The notes under the pieces were generated by a model that worked only from the letters and a program-made list of their open reading frames with translations, was not told the origin of the DNA and did no database searches. Of a DNA stretch of 56,302 nucleotides, positions 36,862 to 46,900 are shown piece by piece. Origin of the DNA: Thermoanaerobaculia bacterium (GTDB lineage: Bacteria > Acidobacteriota > Thermoanaerobaculia > Multivoradales > UBA5704); contig JBGAGQ010000040.1 of assembly GCA_044226625.1 (NCBI GenBank), positions 1-56,302 on the forward strand. The letters run 5' to 3'. The translations under genes and the position numbers were made by a program. The stretch's first letter is position 1. Each line of letters opens with the position of its first letter.

Positions 36862-39800
36862 CTACGCCCCGACCGGCTCCTCCGTCCGGCGGGCTTCCTT
36901 CTGCGCTCCGGACATCGCCTGGACGCGCAACAGCGCCCGGGCGATCTTTTCGGCGCGCCCCGGCAGGCTGTCGAGCGCGGCGATCTGGGCGGCGAAGCCT
37001 TCGAGGGTCGGCTGCTCGAACAGGGCGCGGAGGGGCAGCGTAACCTGGAGCAGCCGCTCGGTCCGGGTTGCCAGTTGGGCGCCGAGGAGGGAGTGGCCGC
37101 CCAGGGAGAAGAAGCTCGAACGGCGGCCGATCCGCTCGACCTCGATGCCGAGGACCTCGGACCAGAGGCGCGCGGCGAGCTGTTCGAGGGCGCCGCTCGG
37201 TGGATCGAGCTGCGGCTCGTCGGCGGCCGACGCTGCGGGGTCGGGCAGGGCGCGGCGGTCGAGCTTGCCGTTGGGGCTCCGCGGCAGCCGCTCCAGGAGG
37301 ACCCAGAACGAAGGTTGGAACGCCTCGGGCAGGCGGCCGGCGAGGTGGGCGCGCAGGACCCCCGGATCGGGCGACGCGCCCGGAGCGGGGACGACGTAGG
37401 CGGCGAGCCGGTCGACCGGTCCCCCGGCGGCCGAGGGGACGGCGACGACCGCCACATCGGATACCTGGGACGAGGCGCGGAGCGCCGATTCGATCTCTCC
37501 CAGCTCGACCCGGAAGCCGCGCACTTTGATCTGGTGGTCGCGGCGGCCGAGGAACAGCAGCTCCCCTGCCGTTGGGCCGGAGGCGCGAAAGCGGGCGAGG
37601 TCGCCGGTCCGATAGAGCCGTGCGCCGGGCACGCCGGCGAACGGGTCGGGCAGAAAGCGCTCCGCCGTGAGATCGGGCCGGCCGAGGTAGCCTCGGGCGA
37701 CGCCGAGGCCTCCCAGGTAGAGCTCCCCCACGGCGCCGGGAGGGACTGGCTCGAAGTCGAGCGGCGCGTCCTTTTCTTCGCCAGCCGGCGGATCGAGCAG
37801 GTAGGCGCGGCCCCCCGAGATCGCCCGGCCGATCGGCGGCGTCGCCTGACGGGCGGCCTCGGCGGGCGAATCGGGCTCGATCTCCGGCTGGGGCCGGTAG
37901 AAGCTCGCGATCGTCGAGTAGGTCGTGTCCTCGGACGGTCCGTAAAGGTTGACCACCCGGGCGACCGCGGAGACGGCGAAGATTGCCGCGAGCAGCTCGC
38001 CCGGGAGGGCCTCGCCCGCGAGACAGATCGTTTCGACGCTCTCCGGAATCGCCTTCTGGCGCACCAGCTCCGCCATCGCCGAGGGGACGGTGTTGATCAG
38101 CGAGACGCGCGCGGTTTTCGTGACGGCGGGGAGCTCGAGCGCGTTTTCGGCGAGCAAGACCGTCCCACCCGCGGTGAGCGGCAGGAAGATCTCGAACACC
38201 GACAGGTCGAAACAGACCGAGGTCGACGCGAGCAGACCGGATCGCTCCTCGGCGTCGAACTCGCGCCGCGCCCAGGCGAGCATCGCCGCGGCCTGGGCAT
38301 GGGCGATCGCCACACCCTTCGGCCGGCCGGTCGAGCCCGAGGTATAGATCGCGTAGGCGAGCGACGACGGATCGATTTCGAGCCCAAGCTCCCCTTCGAT
38401 CTCGGGTGCCGACTCGGCAGGAGGCTCCGGGGAAACCACGGTGAGCGCGGCGAGGGCCGCGGCCGCCTCCAGATCGCGCGCCGCGAGCGCCGTGGCCAGG
38501 CGGGACAGGAGCGCCTCCTCTCCGATCACCAGCCGGCTCTTTGCGTCCCGCAGCATCCAGGCGAGCCGCTCGGGTGGATAGGCCGGATCGAGCGGCAGGT
38601 AGGCCGCGCCCGACTTGAGGACGGCGAGCAGCGCGACGACCAGCGGGATCTCGCGCGGTAGGCAGACCCCGACGAACGTCTCCGGTCGAGCGCCCAGGGC
38701 AACCAGCCGCCGGGCGAGCCGATCGGACGCGTCGTCCAGCTCGGCGAAAGTGAGGGCGTGGGCGCCGCGGCGCACGGCCACGGCCCACGGGGTTTCGGCC
38801 GCCTGTGCGCGGAACAGCGCCGGCAGGCTCGGGAACGGTCGGTCGGTGAACGAGCGGCCGGCGAAATCCGGGCCGCGCGGGTCGGCGGGGGGATTCCAAT
38901 CGACGAGCAGCTGCCGCAGCTCGGGCTCGGCGAGCGCGGCGGCCATTCGGGCGGGGCGGTCCGGATCGGCCATCGCCCGTCCGACCAGGGCAGCCAGCTC
39001 GCGTGACCAGCGCTCGATCGTCTCGCGGTCGAACAGGTCGCCCGCGTACTCGATCGCGCCGAAGATCCGACCCTGGCGGTCGGCGAGCCCGAGCGACAGA
39101 TCGAACTTCGGAGGCGCGAACGGCAGGTCGATCGGCCGCAGGGAAAGCCCCGCCGCTTCGAGCTTCGGCTCCGGGGTGTTCAGGAAGGAGAAGAGCGTCT
39201 GGAAGATCGGCGAGGCGCCGAGGTTGCGGTCCGGCGATAGCTCTTCGACGAGCCGCTCGAACGGCAGGTCCTGATGCGCGAACGCCTCGAGCGCGGCGCG
39301 GCGCGATCGGGAGACCAGCTCGCGGAACGTGGGGGAGCCGGGGCCGCGCGACGCGCCGCTCGCGCCATCGCGACCCTCGCCTTCGGCCTGGCGGGAGAGG
39401 CGCAGACGGATCGCGAGAGTGTTGACGAAGAAACCGATCAGCCCGGCGATCTCGGCCCGGTTGCGATTGGCGATCGGCGTGCCGACGACGACGTCCTCCT
39501 CGCCCGCGTACCGGCCGAGGAACAGCGCCCAGGAAGCGAGCAGGATCATGAACGGGGTCGCCCGCTCGGCGCGGGCGAAAGCGCGCAGCGAGTCGGCGAC
39601 CTCGGGCGACAGCTCGAACGCCACGTGACCGCCGCGCGTCGTGCGCGTCCGGGGGCGGGGCCGGTCGAGCGGCAGGCGTAGCTCGGGGGGAGCGCCCGCC
39701 AACGCTTCGCGCCAGAAGCCCACCTGACGAGCCAGCTCCTCGCCCGCGAGGTAGCTCCTCTGCCAGACCGCGAAGTCGGGGTACTGGATCGGCAGAGGGG

Positions 39801-42800
39801 GCAGAGGCGCCCGGAGGCCGGTCTTCGCCTCCGCATAGAGCGCCGCCGACTCGGCGACCAGGATCGACGACGACCAACCGTCCGAGACGATGTGATGGAG
39901 ATTGAGCAGCAGCGCGTGGTCGTCGTCGGCCAGCCGGACGGCGAGCGCGCGCACGAGCGGACCCGTCGCGAGCGAAAACGGCCGCGCCGCCTCGACGAGG
40001 AGCACGCGGAGGAGCTCCCCCTCGCGCCGGGAACCCGAAAGCGAAGTGAGATCGACACGCGGCAGTGCGACCGGGCCCGGCGGCGAGATCCGCTGCACGG
40101 GGCCGGTCTCGGTCGCGGCGAAGGTCGTCCGGAGCGCCTCGTGGCGGGCGACCACGCTCGCGAGCGCCCGCTTCATCGCGCCCACGTCGAACCGGCCGCG
40201 GACCCGGAGCGGCGCGGGGATGTGGTAGGTCGGATCGCCCGCCCCTTCGAGCAACTCGAGCACCCAGAGGCGGCTTTGGGCGAAAGAAAGCGGCAGCGGA
40301 TCGGGCCGCGGATCGAGACGCGGGATGGCGCGCGCGGCGAGGCTGGGCGTCTCGCGCGAGCCGGATGCCGTGACCGTAACGGCCGTCGCAGCTTGGCCTG
40401 TGCCAGAGCCCGTTGCAGGCGCCGCCGCTCCGGGGAGCCTCGCGCCGACCGCTTCGAGCCCGGCGGCGAATGCGGAAAGCTCGGGGTGCTCGAATAGCGC
40501 GCGGAGGGAGATCTCGACGCCGAGCGAGCGCTCGACCCGCGTCGCGAGCTGCGCCGCGAGCAGCGAATGCCCGCCGAGATCGAAAAACGTCGAGCCGCGG
40601 CCGATCCGAGCGAGGTCGACGCCGAGCACGTCGGACCAGAGCCGGGCCGCCTCGATCTCGAACGGCGTCTTCGGCGGCTCGAACGGCGCGCGCGCCGGGG
40701 CTTGCGTTTCGTCCCGACCGAGGAGCTGCCCGAGCGGAGCGTCGAACCGAGCGAGCCGCCAGGCGGGGTCGTCGGGAGCCGCGAAGGCGCGACCGAGGAG
40801 GTCCGAGAGTCCGTCCGCCCAGCGAGCGACCGTCTCGGGAAGGAACAGGTCGAGCGCGTACTCGAATGCCGCGACGAAGCGCCCCTGACGCTCGGCCCAG
40901 ATGAGCGAAAGGTCGAACTTGGCGACCTCCGAAGGAAGCTCGATCGGCTCGATCCGCAGCCCCGGGGCCGCGAGGGCTCCGATGCCCGTGCTCTGGGCGC
41001 TTTGAAGCGCAAACAGCACCTGGAAGACCGGCGACAGGCCGGGCTCGCGGGGAGGATCGAGCGCCTCGACCAGGCGTTCGAACGGCAGGTCCTGATGGGC
41101 GAAGGCGTCGAGCGTCGTCCGTCGCGCCCGGCGGACGAGATCGCGGAACGTCGGCTCCGGCCCTCCGTCCTCGGGCTCCGGCGCCAGCCGCAGGCGGAGC
41201 GCGAGCGTGTTGACGAAGAACCCGATCAGGCCGGCGACTTCCGGGCGGGTCCGGTTCGCGACCGCCGTGCCGACCACGAGATCGGCGACGTTCGCCAGGC
41301 GCCCCAGGAACAGGCCCCAGCCGGCGAGCAGGACCATGAACGGCGTCGCCCCCTCCGCGGCGGCCAGCTCGCGCAGCCGGTCGGTCGCCGCGTCGGGCAG
41401 CTCGAAGGACAGGACGGCGCCGCGGCCGTCGCGCACGGGCGGGCGCGGCCGGTCGAGCGGCAGGCGCAGGGCGAGCGGCGCGCCGGACAGCGCCTGGCGC
41501 CAGGCGGCGAGCTGGCTTTCGAGCTCGGGGCCGGCGAGACGGGCGCGCTGCCAGACGGCGAAGTCGGCGTACTGAATCGGCAGCGGCTCGAGCGCCGCCG
41601 GGCGCCCGGAGAGCGCGGCTTCGTAGCAGGCCACGGTCTCGCGGACGAGGATCGGCGACGACCACCCGTCCGAAACGATGTGGTGGAGATTCAGGAGGAG
41701 CGCGTGCTCCTCCGGGGCGAACCGGATCAGCAGGGCGAAGTGGAGCGGCCCGTCCGCGAGCGAGAAACGCCGTGCCGCTTCCACGGCGAGGAAGCGCTTC
41801 GCCTCGGGCTCGCGGGCCGAGACCGTGAGCCCGGCGAGATCGACCTGCGGCAAGGGAACCGGCCCAGGCGGCCGGATCTCTTGGGCCGGTCCTTCCGGCG
41901 TCGCGACGAACGTCGTGCGCAGCGCCTCGTGCCGGGCGACCATGGCCCCTAGGGCGGTGCGAAGCGCCGTCGGATGGAGCGCCCCGCCCAGTCGGAGCGC
42001 CGTCGGGACGTTATAGGCGGTCTCTCCCCCTTCGCCGTCCCGAGCGAGCCGGTCGAGCCACCAAAGGCGGCTCTGGGCGAAGGAAGCGGGGAGCGGCTCC
42101 GGGCGGACCGCGAGGCGCGGGATCTCCCGGCCGGTCGGGGTCGCCGATCCCGCGGGCGCTGACGGAGCGCCAGCCGTCGCTTTCTGGGACTCCGCGATCT
42201 CCCGGGCGACCGCTTCGAGCGTGGGCCGTTCGAACAGCGCGCGGAGCGACAGCTCCACCTTCCAGCGGCGTTCGACCTCGAGCGCCAGCTCGACCGCGAG
42301 CAGCGAGTGCCCACCGAGGTCGAAAAAGCTCGAACCGCGGCCGACGCGGACGGGATCGACGCCGAGCAGTCGCGCCCAGATCGCCGCCAGCTCGCGCTCG
42401 AGCGGCGTCGTGGGCGAAACGAACGGCGTTCCCGCCTCGACGACGACGAGGGGCGGCGTGGACGCCGCGGCTTCCGGCAGGGAGCGCCCGCCCGCTGTAC
42501 CGATCGCCTCGTCGGGCCGGGCGACGAGCGCGCCGATCCGCTCGACGAGCGCGCGCGGGAAACGCTCGGCGGTCTCCTGGGCGAAGAGATCCGACGCGTA
42601 GTCGAGCGTCGCCCGCCAGGTCCCTCCTTGCTCCACCACGCCGAAGCCGAGGTCGAACTTCGCCGTCACGACCGGCAGCTCGATCCCGTCGAACGAGAGG
42701 TCGGCCGCCTCCGGCCGCGCTTCGGGCGTGTTCAGGAAGACGAAGAGCACCTGGAAGAGCGGCGAAAGGTCCGGACGCCGCCGAACCTTCAATTCCTCGA

Positions 42801-43980
42801 CCAGGCGGTCGAACGGCAGGTCCTGATGGGCGAAGGCGCCGAGCGCCATCCGGCGGGTCCGCCGCACGAGCTCGCGGAAGCTCGGAGCCGCCCCTCCCGG
42901 CCGCTCCGGCCGGAGGTCGATCCGCAGCGGCAGGAGGTTCGCGAACAGGCCGATCAGACCGGCGGTCTCGGCGCGGTTGCGGTTGGCGATCGAGGTGCCG
43001 ACGACGAGGTCGTCCACCCCGGCCTCGCGCGCGAGGAAGACGCCCCAGGCGGAGAGCAGGACCATGAACGGCGTCGCCCCTTCGGCTCGGGCGAGCTCGC
43101 GGACGGCGTCCGCGATCTCGGGCGCGATCGGAAAATGGAACGCCCGCCCGCGGCCCGACGCCACGCCCGTGCGCGCGAAATCGTGGCGCAGCGGCAGCTC
43201 CTCGGGCGCGCCGGCGAGCGCGCCGCGCCAGAAGGCGAGCTGCCGCTCGAGCTCGGCGCCGGAAAGGAAATCGCGTTGCCAGACCGAGAAATCCCGGTAC
43301 TGGATCGGCAGCGGCGGGAGCGCCGGTGGAGCGCCTCCTACCGCCGCGGCGTAGAGCGCCGTCGCCTCGGCGACCAGGATCGAGGAGGACCAGCCGTCCG
43401 AGACGATGTGGTGGAGCGTGAGGAGGAGCCCCTGCTCCTCCACGCCGGCCGACGAGCCGAGAGCCAAGCGCAGCGCGCGCAGGAGCGGCCCGCGAGCCAG
43501 CGAAAAGGGACGGGCGGCCTCGGCAACGAACAGCCGTCTCGCCTCGGCGTCGCGCGCCCCCGACGGACAGGCGGCGAGATCGACCGCGGGCAGGGGAACC
43601 GGCGCGGCGGGCTCGATGCGCTGCACCGCTCCCCGCTCCCCGCTCGGGAAGGTCGTGCGCAGCGCCTCGTGCCGGGCGACCACGCCCGAGAGCGCGGCGG
43701 CGAAAGCCGCCGGGGAGAACCGTCCGCGCACCTTGAGCGCGGTCGGGATGTGGTAGACCGGATTGCCCGGATTCAGTCGGTCGACCAGCGAGAGGCGGGC
43801 CTGCGAGAACGAGAGCGGCACCGGGCCGAACCCCGGAGGCAGTCGCGGGATCGCGCCTTCGACGGCCGCGTCGGGCGCCTTTTCGGTCCGCGCCGGAGCG
43901 CCCCGGGCGCGCAGCTTTTCGAACAGGCGCGCTTTTTCTTCGCGCGATAGACCCGCGACGGGATGCCTGGCGTCGCTCAT
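36862..43980 (-). CDS. NRPS with architecture C-T-C-T-C-A(Ala-like)-T, no TE
   Basis: Three HHIVSDG C domains and three GGHS carriers but only one A domain (YTSGSTGRPKG, YGPSE, YRTGD, NGKLDR). Pocket residues read by eye as DLFNCALTYK. Confidence 0.93.
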   Translation of the reverse strand: MSDARHPVAGLSREEKARLFEKLRARGAPARTEKAPDAAVEGAIPRLPPGFGPVPLSFSQARLSLVDRLNPGNPVYHIPTALKVRGRFSPAAFAAALSGVVARHEALRTTFPSGERGAVQRIEPAAPVPLPAVDLAACPSGARDAEARRLFVAEAARPFSLARGPLLRALRLALGSSAGVEEQGLLLTLHHIVSDGWSSSILVAEATALYAAAVGGAPPALPPLPIQYRDFSVWQRDFLSGAELERQLAFWRGALAGAPEELPLRHDFARTGVASGRGRAFHFPIAPEIADAVRELARAEGATPFMVLLSAWGVFLAREAGVDDLVVGTSIANRNRAETAGLIGLFANLLPLRIDLRPERPGGAAPSFRELVRRTRRMALGAFAHQDLPFDRLVEELKVRRRPDLSPLFQVLFVFLNTPEARPEAADLSFDGIELPVVTAKFDLGFGVVEQGGTWRATLDYASDLFAQETAERFPRALVERIGALVARPDEAIGTAGGRSLPEAAASTPPLVVVEAGTPFVSPTTPLERELAAIWARLLGVDPVRVGRGSSFFDLGGHSLLAVELALEVERRWKVELSLRALFERPTLEAVAREIAESQKATAGAPSAPAGSATPTGREIPRLAVRPEPLPASFAQSRLWWLDRLARDGEGGETAYNVPTALRLGGALHPTALRTALGAMVARHEALRTTFVATPEGPAQEIRPPGPVPLPQVDLAGLTVSAREPEAKRFLAVEAARRFSLADGPLHFALLIRFAPEEHALLLNLHHIVSDGWSSPILVRETVACYEAALSGRPAALEPLPIQYADFAVWQRARLAGPELESQLAAWRQALSGAPLALRLPLDRPRPPVRDGRGAVLSFELPDAATDRLRELAAAEGATPFMVLLAGWGLFLGRLANVADLVVGTAVANRTRPEVAGLIGFFVNTLALRLRLAPEPEDGGPEPTFRDLVRRARRTTLDAFAHQDLPFERLVEALDPPREPGLSPVFQVLFALQSAQSTGIGALAAPGLRIEPIELPSEVAKFDLSLIWAERQGRFVAAFEYALDLFLPETVARWADGLSDLLGRAFAAPDDPAWRLARFDAPLGQLLGRDETQAPARAPFEPPKTPFEIEAARLWSDVLGVDLARIGRGSTFFDLGGHSLLAAQLATRVERSLGVEISLRALFEHPELSAFAAGLEAVGARLPGAAAPATGSGTGQAATAVTVTASGSRETPSLAARAIPRLDPRPDPLPLSFAQSRLWVLELLEGAGDPTYHIPAPLRVRGRFDVGAMKRALASVVARHEALRTTFAATETGPVQRISPPGPVALPRVDLTSLSGSRREGELLRVLLVEAARPFSLATGPLVRALAVRLADDDHALLLNLHHIVSDGWSSSILVAESAALYAEAKTGLRAPLPPLPIQYPDFAVWQRSYLAGEELARQVGFWREALAGAPPELRLPLDRPRPRTRTTRGGHVAFELSPEVADSLRAFARAERATPFMILLASWALFLGRYAGEEDVVVGTPIANRNRAEIAGLIGFFVNTLAIRLRLSRQAEGEGRDGASGASRGPGSPTFRELVSRSRRAALEAFAHQDLPFERLVEELSPDRNLGASPIFQTLFSFLNTPEPKLEAAGLSLRPIDLPFAPPKFDLSLGLADRQGRIFGAIEYAGDLFDRETIERWSRELAALVGRAMADPDRPARMAAALAEPELRQLLVDWNPPADPRGPDFAGRSFTDRPFPSLPALFRAQAAETPWAVAVRRGAHALTFAELDDASDRLARRLVALGARPETFVGVCLPREIPLVVALLAVLKSGAAYLPLDPAYPPERLAWMLRDAKSRLVIGEEALLSRLATALAARDLEAAAALAALTVVSPEPPAESAPEIEGELGLEIDPSSLAYAIYTSGSTGRPKGVAIAHAQAAAMLAWARREFDAEERSGLLASTSVCFDLSVFEIFLPLTAGGTVLLAENALELPAVTKTARVSLINTVPSAMAELVRQKAIPESVETICLAGEALPGELLAAIFAVSAVARVVNLYGPSEDTTYSTIASFYRPQPEIEPDSPAEAARQATPPIGRAISGGRAYLLDPPAGEEKDAPLDFEPVPPGAVGELYLGGLGVARGYLGRPDLTAERFLPDPFAGVPGARLYRTGDLARFRASGPTAGELLFLGRRDHQIKVRGFRVELGEIESALRASSQVSDVAVVAVPSAAGGPVDRLAAYVVPAPGASPDPGVLRAHLAGRLPEAFQPSFWVLLERLPRSPNGKLDRRALPDPAASAADEPQLDPPSGALEQLAARLWSEVLGIEVERIGRRSSFFSLGGHSLLGAQLATRTERLLQVTLPLRALFEQPTLEGFAAQIAALDSLPGRAEKIARALLRVQAMSGAQKEARRTEEPVGA

Positions 43981-46900
43981 GGCGCTTCCTCGGCGATCAT
44001 CTCGGACAAGAGCTCCGGATCGAACGCCGCGAGCTCGCGCTCGACGATCCGGTCGGCGAGCTCGCCCAGATCGCGCGCGTCGAACACCTCCTGGAGCGAA
44101 ACCGCGACTCCTGCGCGCGACTCGAGCTCGGCGACGAAGCGCGTCGCGAGCAACGAATGCCCGCCGAGGTCGAAGAAGTTGTCGCGAAGCCCGACCCGCG
44201 GCACGCCGAGGACCTCGGCCGCCACCGCGGCGATCTGCCGTTCGAGATCGCTTTCCGGCTCGACGAAGCCGCTCGCGGTCTTCTGCTCGGGCGCCGGCAG
44301 GGCGCGCCGATCGACCTTGCCGTTCGGGTTGAGCGGCAGCGCCGGCAGGAGCACGATCGCGGCCGGCACGAACGGCTCCGGCAGCCGCGCCGCGAGACGC
44401 GCGAGGACGTCGCTCGCGATCTCGTCCTCGCTCTGGCCGGCGCGGCCGGAGACGCCGAGGTGGCGCAGCTTGTCGAGGTTGAGGCTCGAATCGTCGCGCA
44501 ACGCGACATAGGCCACCAGACGGCGGTCGCCCGGACGATCCTCGCGCACCATCGCAACCGCCTCGCGCACGCGGGCGTCGGCGAGCAACGCCGCTTCGAC
44601 CTCCCCCAGCTCGACCCGAAAGCCGCGGATCTTCACCTGGCCGTCGCGCCGCCCCTGGAACTCGAGCACCCCGGATCGCGTCCAGCGCACCATGTCGCCG
44701 GTGCGATAGAGCCGCCCCCCGGCGCGCTCCGGAGTCTCCGCGAACGGGTCGGGCACGAACCGCTCGGCGGTGAGGTCGGGGCGCCCGAGATAGCCGCGCG
44801 CGATCCCGTCGCCCCCGGCGAACAGCTCACCCCACGCGCCCGCGACCACCGGCTCGCAATCGACGTCGAGCACGAACGCTCGGGCGTTCGCGATCGGCGT
44901 GCCGATGGGCATCGGGTCGGGCACGGCGGCGGGGTCGTCCACTCCAAAACAACAGGTGAACGTCGTGCCCTCGGTCGGGCCGTAGCCGTCGATCAACCGG
45001 CCGGGGACCCGCCGCAGCGGGGAGAGGGTGGAGAGATCGGCGACCGCCTTCCGCACCGGCTCGACCTGGAGCGCGTCGCCGCCCGCGAGGAGCTGCGAGA
45101 GCGCCGGCAGCCCCGCGAAGCCGTAGTCGGCCATGGGATGGAACAGCCCGGCCGTGAGCCAGAGCGTGGTGACGTCGAAGCGGGCGAGCGTCCGCTTGAT
45201 CGCCGCGGGCGAAAGGGGCCCGGACGGGGCGAGCACGAGGCGCCCACCGTTCAAGAGCGGCCCCCAGATTTCGAGCGTCGAGGCGTCGAAGGCGAGCGGC
45301 GCGAACAGCAGGAACACCTCGTCGCGGCCGAAGCGCGCGAAGTCTGTGTCGCGTACCAGGCGCACGATGTTCCGGTGCGCGACCCAAACACCCTTCGGCC
45401 GGCCGGTCGAGCCCGAGGTGTACATCGCGTAGGCGAGGCTGTCCGGCTCGGGGCGCTGCGGACGTCCGTCGAGCCCGGCGAAGAAGCGATCGTCTCCGCC
45501 GTCGAGCGGCATCTGGACGGCGGTCGCCGCCGCCACCGAGGCGGGCAGCGCGTCGAGCGCCGCGCGCTTGCCGAGCAGGATCGCCGCGCCGCAGTCGCGG
45601 ATCAGCAGCTCCTGCCGCTCCGGCGGATAGCTCGGCTCGATCGGGACGTAATACCCGCCGGCGGCGAGGATGCCGAGGATGCCCACGATCGTCTCGGGGG
45701 CGCGCTCGGCGACGATCGCCACCGGCATCTCGCGGCCGACGCCGAGGCCGGCCAGGCGCCGGGCGAGCTCGATCGAGCGCCGGCCCAGCTCGCCGTAGCT
45801 GATGCAGAAGGAGAGGTCGAAGGCGTCGCCCCCTTCCTCGCCCGAAATCGGACCGACGAGCGCGATCGCGTCGGGCGTCGCCGAGACCTGCTCGGCGAAC
45901 AGCTGCGGAATCGTGGCCCCGCGCGGGAAGGACGTGGCGGTCCGGTTTCGCTCGACGAGCAGCGCTCGTCGCTCGGCATCGGACAGGATCGGGAGCGCCG
46001 AGAAGCGGACCCCGCGGTCGGCCGTCGCCGTGGCGAGGAAGGCGCCGAGGCGGTCGACCAGCCGGCGGACCGTCGCCTCGTCGAACAGCGCGGTTGCGTA
46101 CTCGAACAGGCCGAGGATGCGCTCCCCTTCGCGCCCCGCGACCACCGTCAGGTCGAACTTCGCGGTGCCCGAGCTCGCCGGCTCGGGGGCGAGGTGTAGC
46201 TCGCCCAGGTCCGCCTCGGGGATCGCCGCGTTCTGCCACGTGAAGACCGCCTGGACGATCGGCGGCCGGCTCCGGTCGCGCGTCGGCTTCAACTCCTCGA
46301 CCAGCTTTTCGAACGGCACGTCGCGATGGGCGTAGGCGTCGAGCGCTTCGGTCCGAACGCGCGCGACGAGGTCGGCGAAGGTCGGGTCGCCGGAGGCGTC
46401 GACGCGAAGCGGCATGGTGTTGACGAAGAATCCGATCAGCCCTTCGAGCTCGGTCGCGTCGCGGTTCGCGATGGTCGTGCCGAGCACCAGGTCGCGCACT
46501 CCGGCGGCGCGCGCGAGCACCGCAGCCCAGGCCGCGAAGACGACCATGAAGTCGGTCGCACCGAGGTCGCGCCCGAGAGCGAACGTCGCGCTCGACACAC
46601 TCTCCGGCAGATCGATCCGGAGCGCCGCCCCGGCGATGCTCTGGAGCGCCGGACGCGGCCGGTCGGTGGGAAGCTCGAGCGCCTCCGGCGCTCCCTCCAG
46701 CCGAACCCGGAAATGATCGACCTGGCGCGCCAGCTCGTCCCCCTGGAGCCAACCGCGCTGCCAGGCGGCGAAGTCAGGGTACTGGATCGGCAGAGGCGGC
46801 AGCGCCCACGAGGACGCGCCCGACGAGCTCGAGCCCTGCATCGTCCGCGACCGGTAGACCGCGGTCGCCTCGCGCACCAGCACCCCCATCGACCAGGCGT

